Shown here in pieces: positions 25,831 to 39,582 of a stretch of DNA of 64,000 nt. Source of the DNA: the human T2T-CHM13v2.0 reference genome, Homo sapiens. The notes beneath the pieces are model-generated. The model had not been told where the DNA came from. It was given only the letters and a program-made list of their open reading frames with translations, and searched no databases. The translations under genes and the position numbers were made by a program. The stretch lies in assembly GCF_009914755.1 (NCBI RefSeq), contig NC_060925.1; one strand, written 5' to 3'. Each line of letters begins with the position of its first letter. Within the stretch, counting starts at the first letter, position 1.

Positions 25831-28538
25831 CTCACAATCTACCCTGCCCCTAAGAAAGTAAACCTGGCCAGGATGTATCTGAAGAGTACTGAGAAATTGC
25901 AGCAGACATCTCTATCTTTTGTACTTTCCTTATCTCCCTCTTTTACACTCTGCCTTCTTCCACCTTTTCACTTTATTTTCTTACTTCCCTTTCTTTCCCC
26001 CAGTCTTTTAGTTAACTAAACTCACAAGGACATATCTTAGTGTGTTCCTCCCCATCTCTCCTACACATCTGTAAATCTTTGATCCCTGGGTGACAGAGAG
26101 ATTACTGGGACACTTAGACCATAGCATGTCAGGCTTGGAAGGGTCTTGACTAATCCCAGATGCACTTTTACATATGAGGAAATTGAGACCTAGAGAAGGG
26201 ACTTTCCCAAGGTCCTACTTCAAGTAAGTAGCAGAGTTCTGGCTAGCACAGCAAAAATCATAGCCTAGAGTGGGTCTCAAAGAATGTCAACAGCTTCCTT
26301 TCAGTTTCAAATGCCTGGAACTAAAGCCACTTGTTTCTGTTTCACATTAATTGCCTCATCATTCCAATGTCTTTAGGCCTCTTGGTGAAGGAATGAAACC
26401 AATGCTAACAGGCCCCTGTGCCCAGAGAGGCCTGCCCCAGCCCTGGCTTTGGTCCCAGTCTTCAGAGATGGATGAGGGGCTTGTGAATGGAGCAAGCTGG
26501 GATCAGTGCAACAGCCCCTGCATCCAGCCCCTGACACCCCCGACATAGCAGCTGCTCCTTTCTAGTGCTGAAGTCCAGGGATTCTCTGAACTCTAACACC
26601 AACTGGCAGCCTATAGTCCACTTTTGAAATCTTCTGGGCATCTAGAGATGGTGAATTTAGCTGATAATGACTGCGGTCAGGCCGAGGATAAATCTGAGGT
26701 GATATAGGCCAAGAAAACACAACTCTCTGGTCAGGCCCAAGAGACAGCAACTCCGTCATGTTCAAGTCTGTTTCCTCTGATAACAGCTCCAAACAGGCGG
26801 AAGCTAGGGGTCGAGGTGGGGGTTGGGGGAGCCCAAGTGGGGCCACCAGCCATCCCATAGCATTAGCGGCTGGATCTTGAGAGGAAGGGCAAGGCTGCAG
26901 TAAATGGAGGGGCTTGGCACCGTGCTCCGGAATCCGAATAGTTAGTGATGTGGAGAAAGACCTTCTAAGAAGCCTCTCAGAACTTCTTTTTAAAAATCCA
27001 CCAGCACATTGCTTTTAGCTGCAAGACAGCAGCTCTGCAAATCAGTGATAAGCTGAGAGTGCCACCTGGGTGTGCTGTCACCGTGGGGCCACAATGAAAG
27101 CCTCAAGGCTTCTGTGTGCCTGGGGCAGGGGGAGAAATAGTCTCCATGGACGACTCTGTTGATAAGAAGGGACTGAGATAATTATTTTAATTGGTATAGT
27201 CTGCAACCTCCTTTAGGGGAGTGGCCGTGTTTCTGGGTATCCAGGTCTACCACAGTTTGGCACATATTAGGAGCTCCACAAATACTTGTTATAAAGACCT
27301 TCTGGTCCTCCATCCAGGCATGATGGCATCCGTACATCCCCTCCTCCCGGCCTCCTTCCAGCAGATCTCCGCTAGCTCTGACAGGAGGCCTAGGACAGGG
27401 AGAAACCCCACTAAGGATTTTTGGTTTCTCCTGGGCACAGATTCAAGACTAACCAACCTTCCCCAGGGGCCCTCAAAGGGGAGTGGTAGAAACAAGTTAT
27501 GGAGGGGCCTGTGCCTTTCTTCGTGCCAGGGTCCCTCCTTCCAGCTTGTGGATTCCTTCTCTCCAAAGAAAGGAAGGGACTATTTCTTTCCCTTGTACTC
27601 TCCTAAAAAAGGAAAGGAAAACTTAAAACAGGAAGAAACATCATTAAACCAGATGATACATCGTCAGCTAACAGTGTCATTTCCCAACCTGTGGTTGGCC
27701 AGAGCCTGAACCTGGCCCTCATCCACACAGTGTGCGGCCGTGGCTGCAGCAACTGAAGTTGAAATTGTAAGAGCAGCTGCCACATCGGGCACGGAGCCAA
27801 GCAACTGGGGGCCCATCCGGTGTTTCTCTCCAAGCTCTGCAATCTTTCTATTGCATCTTATCAGGGCTGCCGTGTGTCATCACAGCCTCTACTGAGTGCT
27901 TCCTCTCTGCCAGCCACTCTTCTAAGAGCTCTACAGGGATTATTGTGCTTAGTTCTTTCCCCACAACTCTATGAAGTAGGCATTATTGTTCCCATACAGA
28001 TGAGGAAACTGAGGCATAGAGGAGTTACAAGAACTTACCCAAGGCCCCCAGAGGTGCAGCCAGGATTAAATCCCAAGGGGGTGACACTGGAGCCCACACT
28101 CCTGGCCCCATCATGGGCTGACTCTGCAGAACGCACGGCCTTAGAAGGCTTCCAACCTACACTGTGGTGAGTGGCTGGTCTACAGTCAGCAGTCAATCAG
28201 CTCCATGCCTTAGAGCATTGGGTACCATACTAGGTGCCACTCTCTCCCCTGGCTGGGGGACCGCTCCGTTTCTGCCGCAGGCATTGCCTTTCCCTCAGGC
28301 ACAGGAGTGTCTTGGCCACAGGGAGAATGAGCTACATGTGTGGGTAGCGGAGCAGCTTGTAATTTCTAGAAAGAGAACTTGGAGTCCCATCTTGCTGTCA
28401 TCTGCTGCGTCTGGATTCACTTTCAAATTTCTCGTCTGTACCTGTGGGCTCTTTGTGACACCTCAGACAGTCCCAGGACAGACCTCAGCAAGAAACCCCA
28501 GTATAACATAACCTGCCTGGCAAAAGAAAATAGAAACA

Positions 28539-28838
28539 GGCCAGGCGCAGTGGCTTATGCCTGGAATCCCAGGACTTTGGGAAGCTGAGCTGGGCGGATC
28601 ACCTGAGGTCAGGAGTTCGAGACCAGCCTGACCAACATGGAGAAACCCCATCTCTACTAAAAATACAAAATTAGCTGGGAGTGGTGGCGCATGCTTGTAA
28701 TCCCAGCTACCCAAGAGAATGAGGCAGGAGAATTGCTTGAACCCGGGAGGCAGAGGTTGCGGTGAGTAGAGACTGCACCGTTGGGAAACTCTGTCTCAAA
28801 ACAAACAAACAAACAAACAAACAACAGAATAAACAAAC
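28539..28838 (+). mobile_element. AluSp-like with an internal deletion near the 3' end
   Basis: accaacatggagaaacc and gcggtgag diagnostics; lacks the cactccagcctgggcaac segment; TSD aagaaaatagaaaca/aagaaaatagataca. Confidence 0.9.
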
Positions 28839-30310
28839 AAGAAAATAGATACAGCCCCTGCCTGACCATACACTCTCTGCCTTTAAACAGAAACTTCCTA
28901 GATCACCACGTCCCCTTTCCATTCTCAACTAGCCATGCAGTGCTTGCCTGCCGGCTTGCCTCTACTTAACCCCCGAATCTTGCCCCCTCTTACCTCTCCT
29001 CTCTGGCTCTCTCCTGTTCCTACGCTAGGGATCCACTTCCCACGGGCTGTCTCAATCCTGAGTCAGATTCTCTGTCCTCCTCCTTCTACATCTGCTCCCA
29101 CCCCTGTACCCAGCTCACTCTCTTTCTCCCACACTCTGTCTTTATTCCAACTCCTTGCTTTTTCCTGGCTTCCTTGCCTTTTTGCCTTTACCCAAAACTG
29201 AGGATCCCTCCTCACCCAACTCCTAGCCCATCAAACACAACTCCCACACCTACCGCATAACTCTAATCCTCTCTCCTAGGCTCCAACACATTGAGGATGA
29301 AGCCTCAGGGTCCAGACAACAGAGGACCCCCTGGCAGGCTTCTTAGTGGGCCCAGGGTGAAAATCTGCTGGCCAAGGGGATGATGAGACCTGTTTCTTAC
29401 AACTCAGTGCTGTGTGCTCTGAGGCTGAAGCTGTCTTCCTCTGCCATTTCCCAGGGGCACAGAAGCTTGAGCCTTTTTGCATTAATTCCCTGGCTTGCTT
29501 TGACTCAGAGTCCAGGACTTTGTAGCATGCTAATTTATGCAAACAAAATGCAAACGAATATAGAAAACTATGTGACCCTTGATTTACTGGAAATCAGAGG
29601 CTCCCCTTACGGGAAGACTTAGGGAAATTTTGGAATCTACTTCCCAAGAGAAATATTAAAATAGAATGGCTTTCAGTTTGGGGTCAGGGAGGGATGTGGC
29701 TAGAAGTCATTCAGAGGAAAGAGCACAGTCTGGGTTCCGTGTGCATCCTCTAAGCCACCCAACAGAAGGCAGAGGAAGAAAAACCATCTGGCTGCCAAGC
29801 CTGTGCCTCCTTTCTCCTGTCTTGACTCTGAGCTCTGGTTTAGCTCCACAGCCTGTCAAAACCACCCAACAATGTGCATGCCCAAGAACAGAGCCTCTGG
29901 GCTGTACTGCCTCTTTGGAAACAGGGTCATTTTATTTATATCTTACTTCCCATGACAGCACTTCACTATTCTCCTCTTCCCTTACATCTCCCTACACTGA
30001 CCCTCTTGAACTTGGCTCTCACTGGGTATGGCCTGTCAAGTGCACAGAATGTTCTGGGACATTGTTCTGGAACCCGATCAGGGGTTAGGCATTCTGGAGA
30101 TTCCTATAAAGCAGCCCTCAGAGGATTGCTAAGGGGCAGGTCAACTCAGCCACAAAGGCTTAGGTGCCTCATTTCTTGAAGAAGGGAGAAAAGGACCACT
30201 CTGAGAAAGGACAGGAGGGATGCAGGTGGCCCCTGAAGCCTCAGCCCATTCTTCTGATCCTAAACAGAAATGTGCTGAACGACCCCAAAATATAGAAACT
30301 GACCTCTTCT

Positions 30311-30588
30311 GGCCAGGAGCAGTGGCTCATGCCTGTAATCCTAGCACTTGGCAGATCGCTTGAGCACAGGAGTTCGAGACCAGCCGGGGCAACATGGCAA
30401 AACCCAGTCTGTACAAAAACACAAACAAATTAGCTGGGCATGGTGGCACCTGTAGTCCTTGCTACTCACTACTCAGGAGGCTAAGGCAAGAGGATCACTT
30501 CAGCCTGGGAGGCAGAGGTTGCAGTGAGCTGAGATGACACCAGTGCACTCCAGCCCGGGCAACAGAGCCAAACCCTGTCAAAAAAGAG

Positions 30589-30629
<41 letters not shown>

Positions 30630-30787
30630 GAGAGAGAGACAGAGAGAGAGAGACAGAGAGAGAGAGAGAAAGAAAAAGAAAAGAAAAGAAAGAGAGAAAG
30701 AAAAAGAGAGAGAGAAAGAAGAAAAGAAAGAAAGAAGGAAGGAAGGAAGGAAGGGAGGGAGGTGAAAAGAAAAGAAAAGAAGAAAAA
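30311..30787 (+). mobile_element. AluJ whose tail has expanded into a ~200-bp (GA)n/(GAAA)n/(GGAA)n purine tract
   Basis: TSD AGAAACTGACCT(C/T)TTCT at 30294-30310 and 30788-30804 brackets both the Alu and the tract. Confidence 0.92.
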
Positions 30788-32589
30788 AGAAACTGACCTT
30801 TTCTTAAAGATCTCAAGAGAAGGAAAGAGTCTTCTTTCCAAAGTCTTTGTAATAGTCCAGTAGTTTCATCAGATTTTTTTCCTTCTATTAACATAAATGC
30901 TTGGTGCTGCCATGGAAGTCATTTTGTTCTGGTACTTTCCTCAAGGTAACTAAAGAACCACTGTTCCTGGTTATTCAGATAATAGCTCAGCAAAACCTTC
31001 ACATATGTTGTGAAAAGACCTTAAGAAAAACTCCCTCAAGCTTCAGGGACCACCTTGCTGCCTCCCTGAAAGATCACTCAAACTCAACCCTCTACTCCCA
31101 GGGCATAGGAGCTGTGTGTGCTGATCCATATTCCCCTAATGAGATAAAAGTTTGCTGAAGGACAACTTTCAACTAGCCAATATTTGGGATTGGCCAGAGG
31201 AAGGAAAAAGTGCTCATCTGTATATTTAAAATGGGAAGGGCGCACTGGGTACCAAGCACTTCATGTATACTATTTCCTCTAAGTCTCACAACAGTCCCAC
31301 GAGATCTGTATTACTCCCATTATACAGATGAGGGAACTAAGGCTAAGAAAGTTGAAGTCATTTGCTCAATGTCACAAAGCTGATGAATAGCTGTGGCAGA
31401 ACCTCTTAATGCTCATTAGTATCCATTTTCTTCATTTTTAGACACATGCTCAACTACATTTCCTAGCTCTCTTGCAGCTAGGCAGGCCACATGACTGAGT
31501 TCTGGCCACTGAAATGGGGACAGAAGTGATTTTTTTCCACTTTCAGGCCTGGCCCATAAAGACTTTGCAGATGAACCTCCACTTCCCTTTTTCACATCAC
31601 TATCTGGATGACCCAGGGTACCATGGAGCCATGTGATGAAGATGGGAGGAGCTTGGATCCCTGAATGACTACATGGAACAGAGCATCCTTCATCCTGCCC
31701 TCTGCCCCCTGCACTAGACTATGACTTAGATGAGATAAAGTTTCACTGTGTTATGCCACTGAGAGTTTATCCTCAATAACAGCGTGTTGGGGTCAAGATC
31801 TGAAACCAAGCATGTCAAACTCCAAAGACCATCTTTTCTCATTAAGCCGTATGGCCAAACAATATAGCAGAAATGCAAAAGTTAAACTATAAAATGTTAT
31901 CTACTTCGTCTCTCCCCCTCTGTGCGTCTCCCATAACCAAGAACTAGATTCCTAGAACCAAGAACTTTAGATTCCTAAAGATTTTAGAGAAATTGCCTAT
32001 ACAAAAACATAAAATCAAGCAAGTAACTGATAAATATTTGTTGACTGCATACAACAACATGGGAGAAAAAACTGCTTTTGTTGTTATTGGAGAGCTGGAG
32101 AAACCCTTTCAGCATTCATGCCAAAAAGAGTCCTCTCCACCACCTTCGTCCAAGAACCACGTCCACCTGTGGCTTCATCCCATGTATGTGGAGCTATGAA
32201 TTTAGAGGACATGGAACATGGTTGTGGCCATTATGAAAGCCTACCAAAGACATGGAACGTGGTTGTTGCCATCATGAAAACCTACCAAAGCCATTATCAG
32301 TGATTGATAGCTCACCATTGCATCCTGTCATCCCTGCCCCAAGCCAATGAGAGCTGAGTAAATATCATATAAAGACTACACTATGATCATGACAAAAGAA
32401 ACAGACTTAATCAGCCTTTCCCCCATAGGCTGTCATTCTACAAAATATAAGCTAAGATTAACCAGTAGTTTTGGCATGATAGAATCAGACCAATCTGATT
32501 TTGAAATGAGGGGCAGGAAAAGGATTATTGGCAAGAAGGGAAAAATAAAGGGTAAAGGTTTTAAAATTTTTCCATTAAGATAGGAAATT

Positions 32590-32909
<320 letters not shown>

Positions 32910-32991
32910 TTAGGCATAATTTACAGGGGCTAGGAAGATCTCTCCTGTTCCCCTCAAACATTTCCACCAAGGTCTAGAGAATAATTAATTG

Positions 32992-33114
32992 TTTTTTTTT
33001 TCTTTTTTTTTTTTTTTGAGACAGCCTGTTGCCCAGGCTGGAGTGCAGTGATGTAAACACAGCTCACTGCAGCCCCACATGCTTGGATTATGAGTGTTGA
33101 GCCACTGTACCCAG
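32992..33114 (-). mobile_element. Internally deleted Alu remnant
   Basis: polyT-gagacag...ctggagtgcagtg...gctcactgcagcc joined directly to ...gagccactgtacccag. Confidence 0.75.
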
Positions 33115-33312
33115 TGAGAGAATTGATTCTTGGTCTTAACACTTTGTCCCTCCCCCTTTAAATGCTGGGCTGGTCTCTCTGGAAGAGTAACCCACAACTG
33201 TCTTATTAATCAATTATGCTTTATTGTGATTCCGGACTTGGGGGGAATTAATATTTATTGAGTCCTTATAATCTGCCAATTATGGTTTCAGGATCTTTAA
33301 ATACATTGTTCT

Positions 33313-33616
33313 GGCTGAGTGTCGTGCCTCAGACCTGTAATCCCGACACTTTGGGAGGCTGAGGCGGGAGGACTGCTTGAGGCCAGAAGTTTGAGACTAG
33401 CCTCGGCAACATAGTGAGAATCTCTCTCTACAAAAATTTTAAAAATTATCTAGGCATGGTGGCACGTGCCTGTAGTCCTAGCTACTCACGGGAGGCTGAA
33501 GCGGGAAGATCACTTGACCCCAGGAGTTTAAGGTTGCAGTGAGCTGATGACACCATTGCACTCCAGGCCAGGCAACAGAGCAAAATGCTACCCTTCAAAA
33601 CAACAACAACAACAAC
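33313..33616 (+). mobile_element. AluJ
   Basis: gaggactgcttgaggccagaagtttgagac...; (CAA)n tail. Confidence 0.92.
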
Positions 33617-33738
33617 TACATATATTTTTTTTTACTCAATTTTCACCTTTTACAGATGGGCAAACTGAGACTCAGAGAAATTTGTAATGGCCCATGACCA
33701 CAGTGGCGGAAGCTGGATTTGAACTCAGCTTTGTCTGA

Positions 33739-34090
<352 letters not shown>

Positions 34091-37000
34091 GCTAAGTGTC
34101 TTTAATTGTGTAGCAGAGACACTAGCTGTCCCACTGTAAATACTTTCTCCTTCTCCCTCAATACTACAACCTCCAACTTGTGTCTGGATCCAAGGCTGTC
34201 TGGAGTAAAGACTATGCTTCCCAGCCTTCCTTGCAGCTAGGTGTGGGCATGTGACTAAGATCTGCCAATGAGATCTGTAAATGGAAAGATGTGATCAGGG
34301 CTGATAGTTACACCACATGCCCAGATAGAGATGTACCTGTTGTTTATAGCTGGTATTCGTTCTGATTAACTGAAACCCATGCCTTACTGGTCGTTAAATA
34401 TTTCCAAAATTACTCCCGGTGTAAAACTTTTAAGAAGTCTCCTTAAAGGGACAGGCATGTCCTTCTGCCATCCTTCACTCTTCCTTCCTGCTGGCTAGAA
34501 TGTGGACCCTGATCACTCACTCCACTTTGGATCATGAAGATGAGGGCCACAACCTGAAGAGGGTGAAACTGAAAGCTGGAAGGGTCCTGGGTCTCGGTGA
34601 CTCCTTGGATGGCCTACCTTTGGACTTTTACATGAGAGAAGAAAACCTTTTTGTGTTAAGTCACTGGTCATTTGTGTTTTCAGTCTTTCTCAAAATAACT
34701 GTATTCTAGGGTTTGCTCTGACCATGCTGCTTAACAAACAACCCTGAAATCTCAGATGGCAATTGTATTTATTTCTCATTCAATAGCCTGCACATCGGAT
34801 GTTGTGGCTCCGCTTCAGGCTGTGGGTCTTTGTCCTGGGACTAGCAGACACTCAGGACAAGCTCTAGCAGACACTCAGGACAAGCTCTCCTCATGACCAG
34901 TAAAGCTCAGGAGATGAAGCCAAAACACACAAACCCATTTAAAGCTCCTGCTAGTGTTTCTCTCATATTCCATTGGCCAAAACAAGTCACAAGACAGCCT
35001 GACATCAAGGGGAGAGAAAATAGGGGAAGAAAGGATAAACACCTGCTGTTGATACACAGAATTGATACATGTGCAACCCAGGCCTACAGCTCACAGGCAC
35101 CAGGGGCTTCTGAACATTCTGGGCTCCTTCCAGCCCTCCCAGCATCGCTGAGGCGGGGTGGGGGGACCACTGCTCCCTCCCTGATCATGGCCTGAAATTC
35201 CAAGTGTTTGCCCCCCACCCCAACCCCAAGGACACTACCAAGTAGGTGGCAACAGGAAAGTCTCTCTTCCTTTGACTGCCCCTCTCTACAGTCACCCCAG
35301 ACCACACACCAGGCTGTACAGGTGTCTCTGGCAGTCTTTCCCAAAGGGGTGAGGGGAAATGTTAAAGCTGGGAGCTCTGCTGCCTTACATTTGTGTGTCT
35401 CCCAAGGCTCCCCTTCTTCCAAACTTCCTTTGAGAATTTCTACCCAGTGGCTGTGTGCAGGTCCTTCCCACACATCCAGGAGCACCTGGCACTTCTGGAA
35501 GTTTGCTCAGAAGAGGAAGGAAGTGCATTTCCTACAGTTCCCCAATGAACCTCTCCCAGGGCCTCATCATCCAACTGCCAGGACCCACCCCCAATTCATT
35601 AACCATAAGGTTTAGGGAGGGGACTTGGCAAATCAGCCTCAGCCATATCCAAATGCCTGAAAGAAAACACCAAGAGAAGTTGGGGGGCAGGGTGAACGTT
35701 GGGGATATTGCCAGTAGGTAAGTGGGTCTGGGGGAAGAACAGACCTGGAAGATTTTACCACTGACTATGTGACCTCTGGCAAACCAATCTCTTTTCTGGG
35801 CCTTTATTTGTTTTAGTGTTGTTTTATTTGTTGAAAGAAGGGGATTGCCCTTGATGGCATTTAAGGTTTCTTCTAGTTCTAACAGCCTGTGATCTAAGGA
35901 GCAAGGGGTGAGAAGGAAAAGACCAGCAGATGGGTGCCCAGAGGGACACAGCACGGTGGGGGCCCAGTCATCTGGGGATAGCATGAGGCTAAAGTTCAAG
36001 TTCTTCAGCCCTTATCAGATTGTAGTCCTTATCACCAAGCTTAGCTTTACCTCTCAGCCACATTCAGGGCCATGGACTAAGGCCACGAAAATTGTGCACA
36101 ACAGGGGCTACCTATCATGATGACTGCAGTATGTATGGCATCCCCTGGAGTTAGAGCAGTTCTGTCCTCATCGGTCACCACTCTCTGCCTCAAACCTCAG
36201 TTCCAGCAACTCCAAACTACCTTCAGTTCTCAGCACACGTCATGGTGCCTTCCGCAGTTCCCTCTCCCTGCTACACCACTATCCCTTGATCTCCCTTCCC
36301 CTGCCCCAACCTTCCTCTGACTATTGCCTACTCATCCTTCAACATTCAGCTGAGTGTCCTCCCCACCCAGGTTCAGAGCCCCTCTGCGTTACTCCCATAA
36401 TGCCTTATTACTGCACTCACTACACTGTATTGTACCTATCTGCTGTGAACCTCAAACTACTGTCTTACTAGACTCCAAGCTTTCTTGGGGGCTGAGGGGA
36501 GAAATTGTATCTTATCTATCTTATTTTATGCCCAATGTCTTTCACAATACCAGACAAATGATAAACGGGCAATGTTTGATGCATGAACAAAGAAACAAAC
36601 GAACTGGGAAGGAAAACTAAAAGGAATGTCACATGCAGATGGTATAGGCCACCTTTGTTTCTCCCCCACACTCCAGCTGCCACACATACTACATCTATAG
36701 TTCAGTGAAATCATGTCAATAAACACCAAGGGTGAATGGTAACCTTTGAGCTAGGGAAAATAAATTGCCTGGGGAAGAAGCCTGTTGTCTGGTAGGCAAG
36801 AAAAGCCTTCCTTAGTGATGGTGGAGAGGAGAGTAAGGTTGGGGTGTAAGGTCGACTGGGGGCAGGATAGTCAGGAAAGAAGTCTCGAGGCGAGCAGGAC
36901 TTGAGGGGCCAGTGGGGAGGAGGCTGGGTTTGGTGGGCAGATGGAGACCAAGCTGTCACACACCTGTGGCTCCACCGAGACAAGAAAGAGCCTGTGGCCT

Positions 37001-38248
37001 GGCCAGAGAGGGAGAAGAGGATTTGAGATGGAAATCTGAGTATGAGGTGTATGAGAGCAGTGGGAGAGCTCCAGCTGAAGGGGACTGAGACACAGAGGGA
37101 CCCAGAGGGCAGAAGGAGGTGGCGCCCCTCCGCCCCCTTCTCCCACTCCCCCGGACTGTGCCCAAGGTGTCCAGAGCTGCCTCAAGCCCGGTGGTCTAAG
37201 CAGGAGACTTGGTGACGCTCCTTCAGGGACTGGCTTCAGGAAGTTAACTGGGCCTGATAATCTGGCGGAAATTTCTGTTTGTTTAGAGAAGATGATTAAA
37301 ATTGCCTAGTCACTGGATTTGAATACTCAAGAATGAGTTTAATTGAGAAGAGAATGTTTCTTTTTAGATGAGGCAATAACCACCATTGCTGGGTTTGTTT
37401 GCACCAAGGGGAAGAACTTAAATATCTGAAATGTAACATGTCCTAAGATGATGGCCGGGGTGGGAGCCAGGGCTGACATGAAGTGTAAGGATTGAACCTT
37501 ACCCTGAAACCTCCATTAAAGAGGTCACTTAGCACGGATTAAAATCCAGGCATTCACGTCAACATACCCTATTGAATCTGCCCTCTCTGGAGCCAGGAGC
37601 AGCCAGTTCAGGACTTTCACTGGCCTGGCACCTGGCTCTGGTCTCACTTTACTTCCCATCGCAGTCTGTCGGTCCAGAGGCAGCACTGTGCGACTGCAAG
37701 TGTTTGGGCTGTGTGCGCATGTGCAGGTGCGGGTGTGCGCATGCACATCGCTGGCTGTGCGCGGTCTTGCAGCGTGCTTAGGCAAACCTCGCCCCCACCT
37801 GGGTCCGGGGCCTCAGCATGGTGAAACTGATGCTGTGCGAACACGTGTTTGATTCAGTTTAAATGGAGGTGGTGCGGACGAATCAAAGTTTTGCATCAAT
37901 ACGGTAGAACTTGCATAATCCAAGACCACCTGTTTCTTTTCTCTGCCTTCCCCATCCAAATCATCCCCAAATCATCCGTGAGAAGCCTCTGCTCCCATCA
38001 GTGTCATCCCTGGGGGACCCCATCAGAGAAGGGTGTGGGAGAAGCAGGTGCAGGTCACAGTCCTCCCTAGTCCATCTGCCTCAGAAACTATTCCTGGGGT
38101 CGGCGGCGTGAGGGACCCACCACCACGTGTCGTGGGCATTTGCCCCAGCACAGAGTTCACACCCCGTCCCCCAGGACCCCCTTGTGCGGGGGTCTGGGCA
38201 ATGCATGGACTGGGCCACAGCCCGTGCCCCAAGCGAATGGACTGCATT

Positions 38249-38696
38249 CTGAGGCACCTGCTCTATTTCTGCCCAGGCCAGGAGCTGTGGATCCAAGCAC
38301 TGGGCATGGCCACAGCGAACTTCCCTGAACAAGTAGTACTCTTCCAGCTGATGAGTGCACTGGCATTTATTATGGTCGGGCCAGTGCTGGAAGTGGAGAT
38401 GTCTATAAGATGATTATGAGGACAGGATGGAACTCATACTCTAAGAAAACAAAGAAGTCCATGGAAACGTATATCATGGGTATCTTCAAAAAGGACTTGC
38501 GTGGCGAGATCTTCAATGTGGCCATCCTTGGCTACCTCAGACCCGAAAGAACTTTGCTTCTTTAGAGTCACTTATTTCGGCAATTCAAGGTGATATTAAG
38601 GAAGCTAAGAAACGCCTACATTTACCAGAACATTTGAAACTTAAAGAAGACCATTTCTTCCAGGTTCCTAAAAGCAAAATAATGAACGGCCACTGA
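38249..38696 (+). pseudogene. Processed pseudogene of riboflavin kinase (parent RFK), decayed CDS
   Basis: Intronless homology to RFK: DCI[L]RHLLYFCPGQ...TANFPEQVV..., GWNSYSKKTKKSMETYIMGIFKKDLRGEIFNVAILGYLRPE..., SLISAIQGDIKEAKKRLHLPEHLKLKEDHFFQVPKSKIMNGH*. The start ATG is changed to CTG, the GFGRGS loop is damaged and there are several frameshifts. Confidence 0.93.
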
Positions 38697-39241
38697 TTAA
38701 AAAAAAAATCTTATTTATTCATTCACTGTATTCTAGTATTTCACTGCTTACAACTGTCCAGTCTCACCTTGGTTATAGTCTTAAAATCAAACATTTTCCC
38801 ACAGCTGTGAACTAGTTTAAACAAAACAACACAGTTACTATATTGTGCTTCAATTGTTAAATTGTTAACAGGTTTTATTTATTTAAATACATAAAAAGCT
38901 TTATCTAAAAATAAAGATTTTCAAAATATGTTGATTAGAATGTACCACTAGAAGGGTATTAAGTGTCTTATAATGGAAATGAAATGTATATAAGTATGGG
39001 TTAAAAGGCAAGCCACTAATTTGAGATGAGAACTATAGTTCTCATGGCAAAAACCTTCATGTATGTACTTGCATAGCATATAGTCCTAAACAGAGAAGGC
39101 TTATAAAAGTAAATACATTAAATAGGAGTTGTATAGTTTATTATAAACCTAAGGGGAAAACTCCAGACTTTGTATTTGTGATATATGATGCATTAATATA
39201 TTATTATAAGCATGAAGACATTTGTGAAACTTTTTTTGTCA

Positions 39242-39582
39242 TTTTCTTTTTTCTTTCTATTTATTTATTTATTTTTATTTTTATTTATTTGTTTATTTTT
39301 TTGAGACAGGGTCTTGCCCTGTCACCCAGGTTGGAATACAATGGTGATCAAGGTCTATTGCAGCCTTGACCTCCTGGGCTCAAGCAATTCTCTCACCTCA
39401 GCCTCCTGAGTAGTTGGGACTACAGGGTGAGCCACCGTGCTCAGCTCAATTTTAAAATATTTTTGTAGAGACAAGGTCTCCCTACGTTGCCTAGGCTGGT
39501 CTCAAACTCTTGGCTGAAGCAATCCTCCTGCCTCAGCCTCTTAAAATGCCAGGATTACAGGCCTGAGCCACTGCACCTGGCC
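39242..39582 (-). mobile_element. AluJ with a (TTTA)n tail inside the RFK pseudogene 3'UTR
   Basis: gagacagggtcttgccc...cagccttgacctcctgggctcaagc...; TSD-like gtcatt(t/a)tct. Confidence 0.92.

Noticed and set aside
30481-30894. ORFs with poly-(ER)/(SL) tracts
   Set aside because: They are translations of the GA microsatellite and Alu.
38033-38413. 126-aa ORF overlapping the RFK pseudogene as a functional kinase
   Set aside because: It only patchily follows the RFK frame, the start codon and GFGRGS loop are lost, and it ends before most of the catalytic domain.
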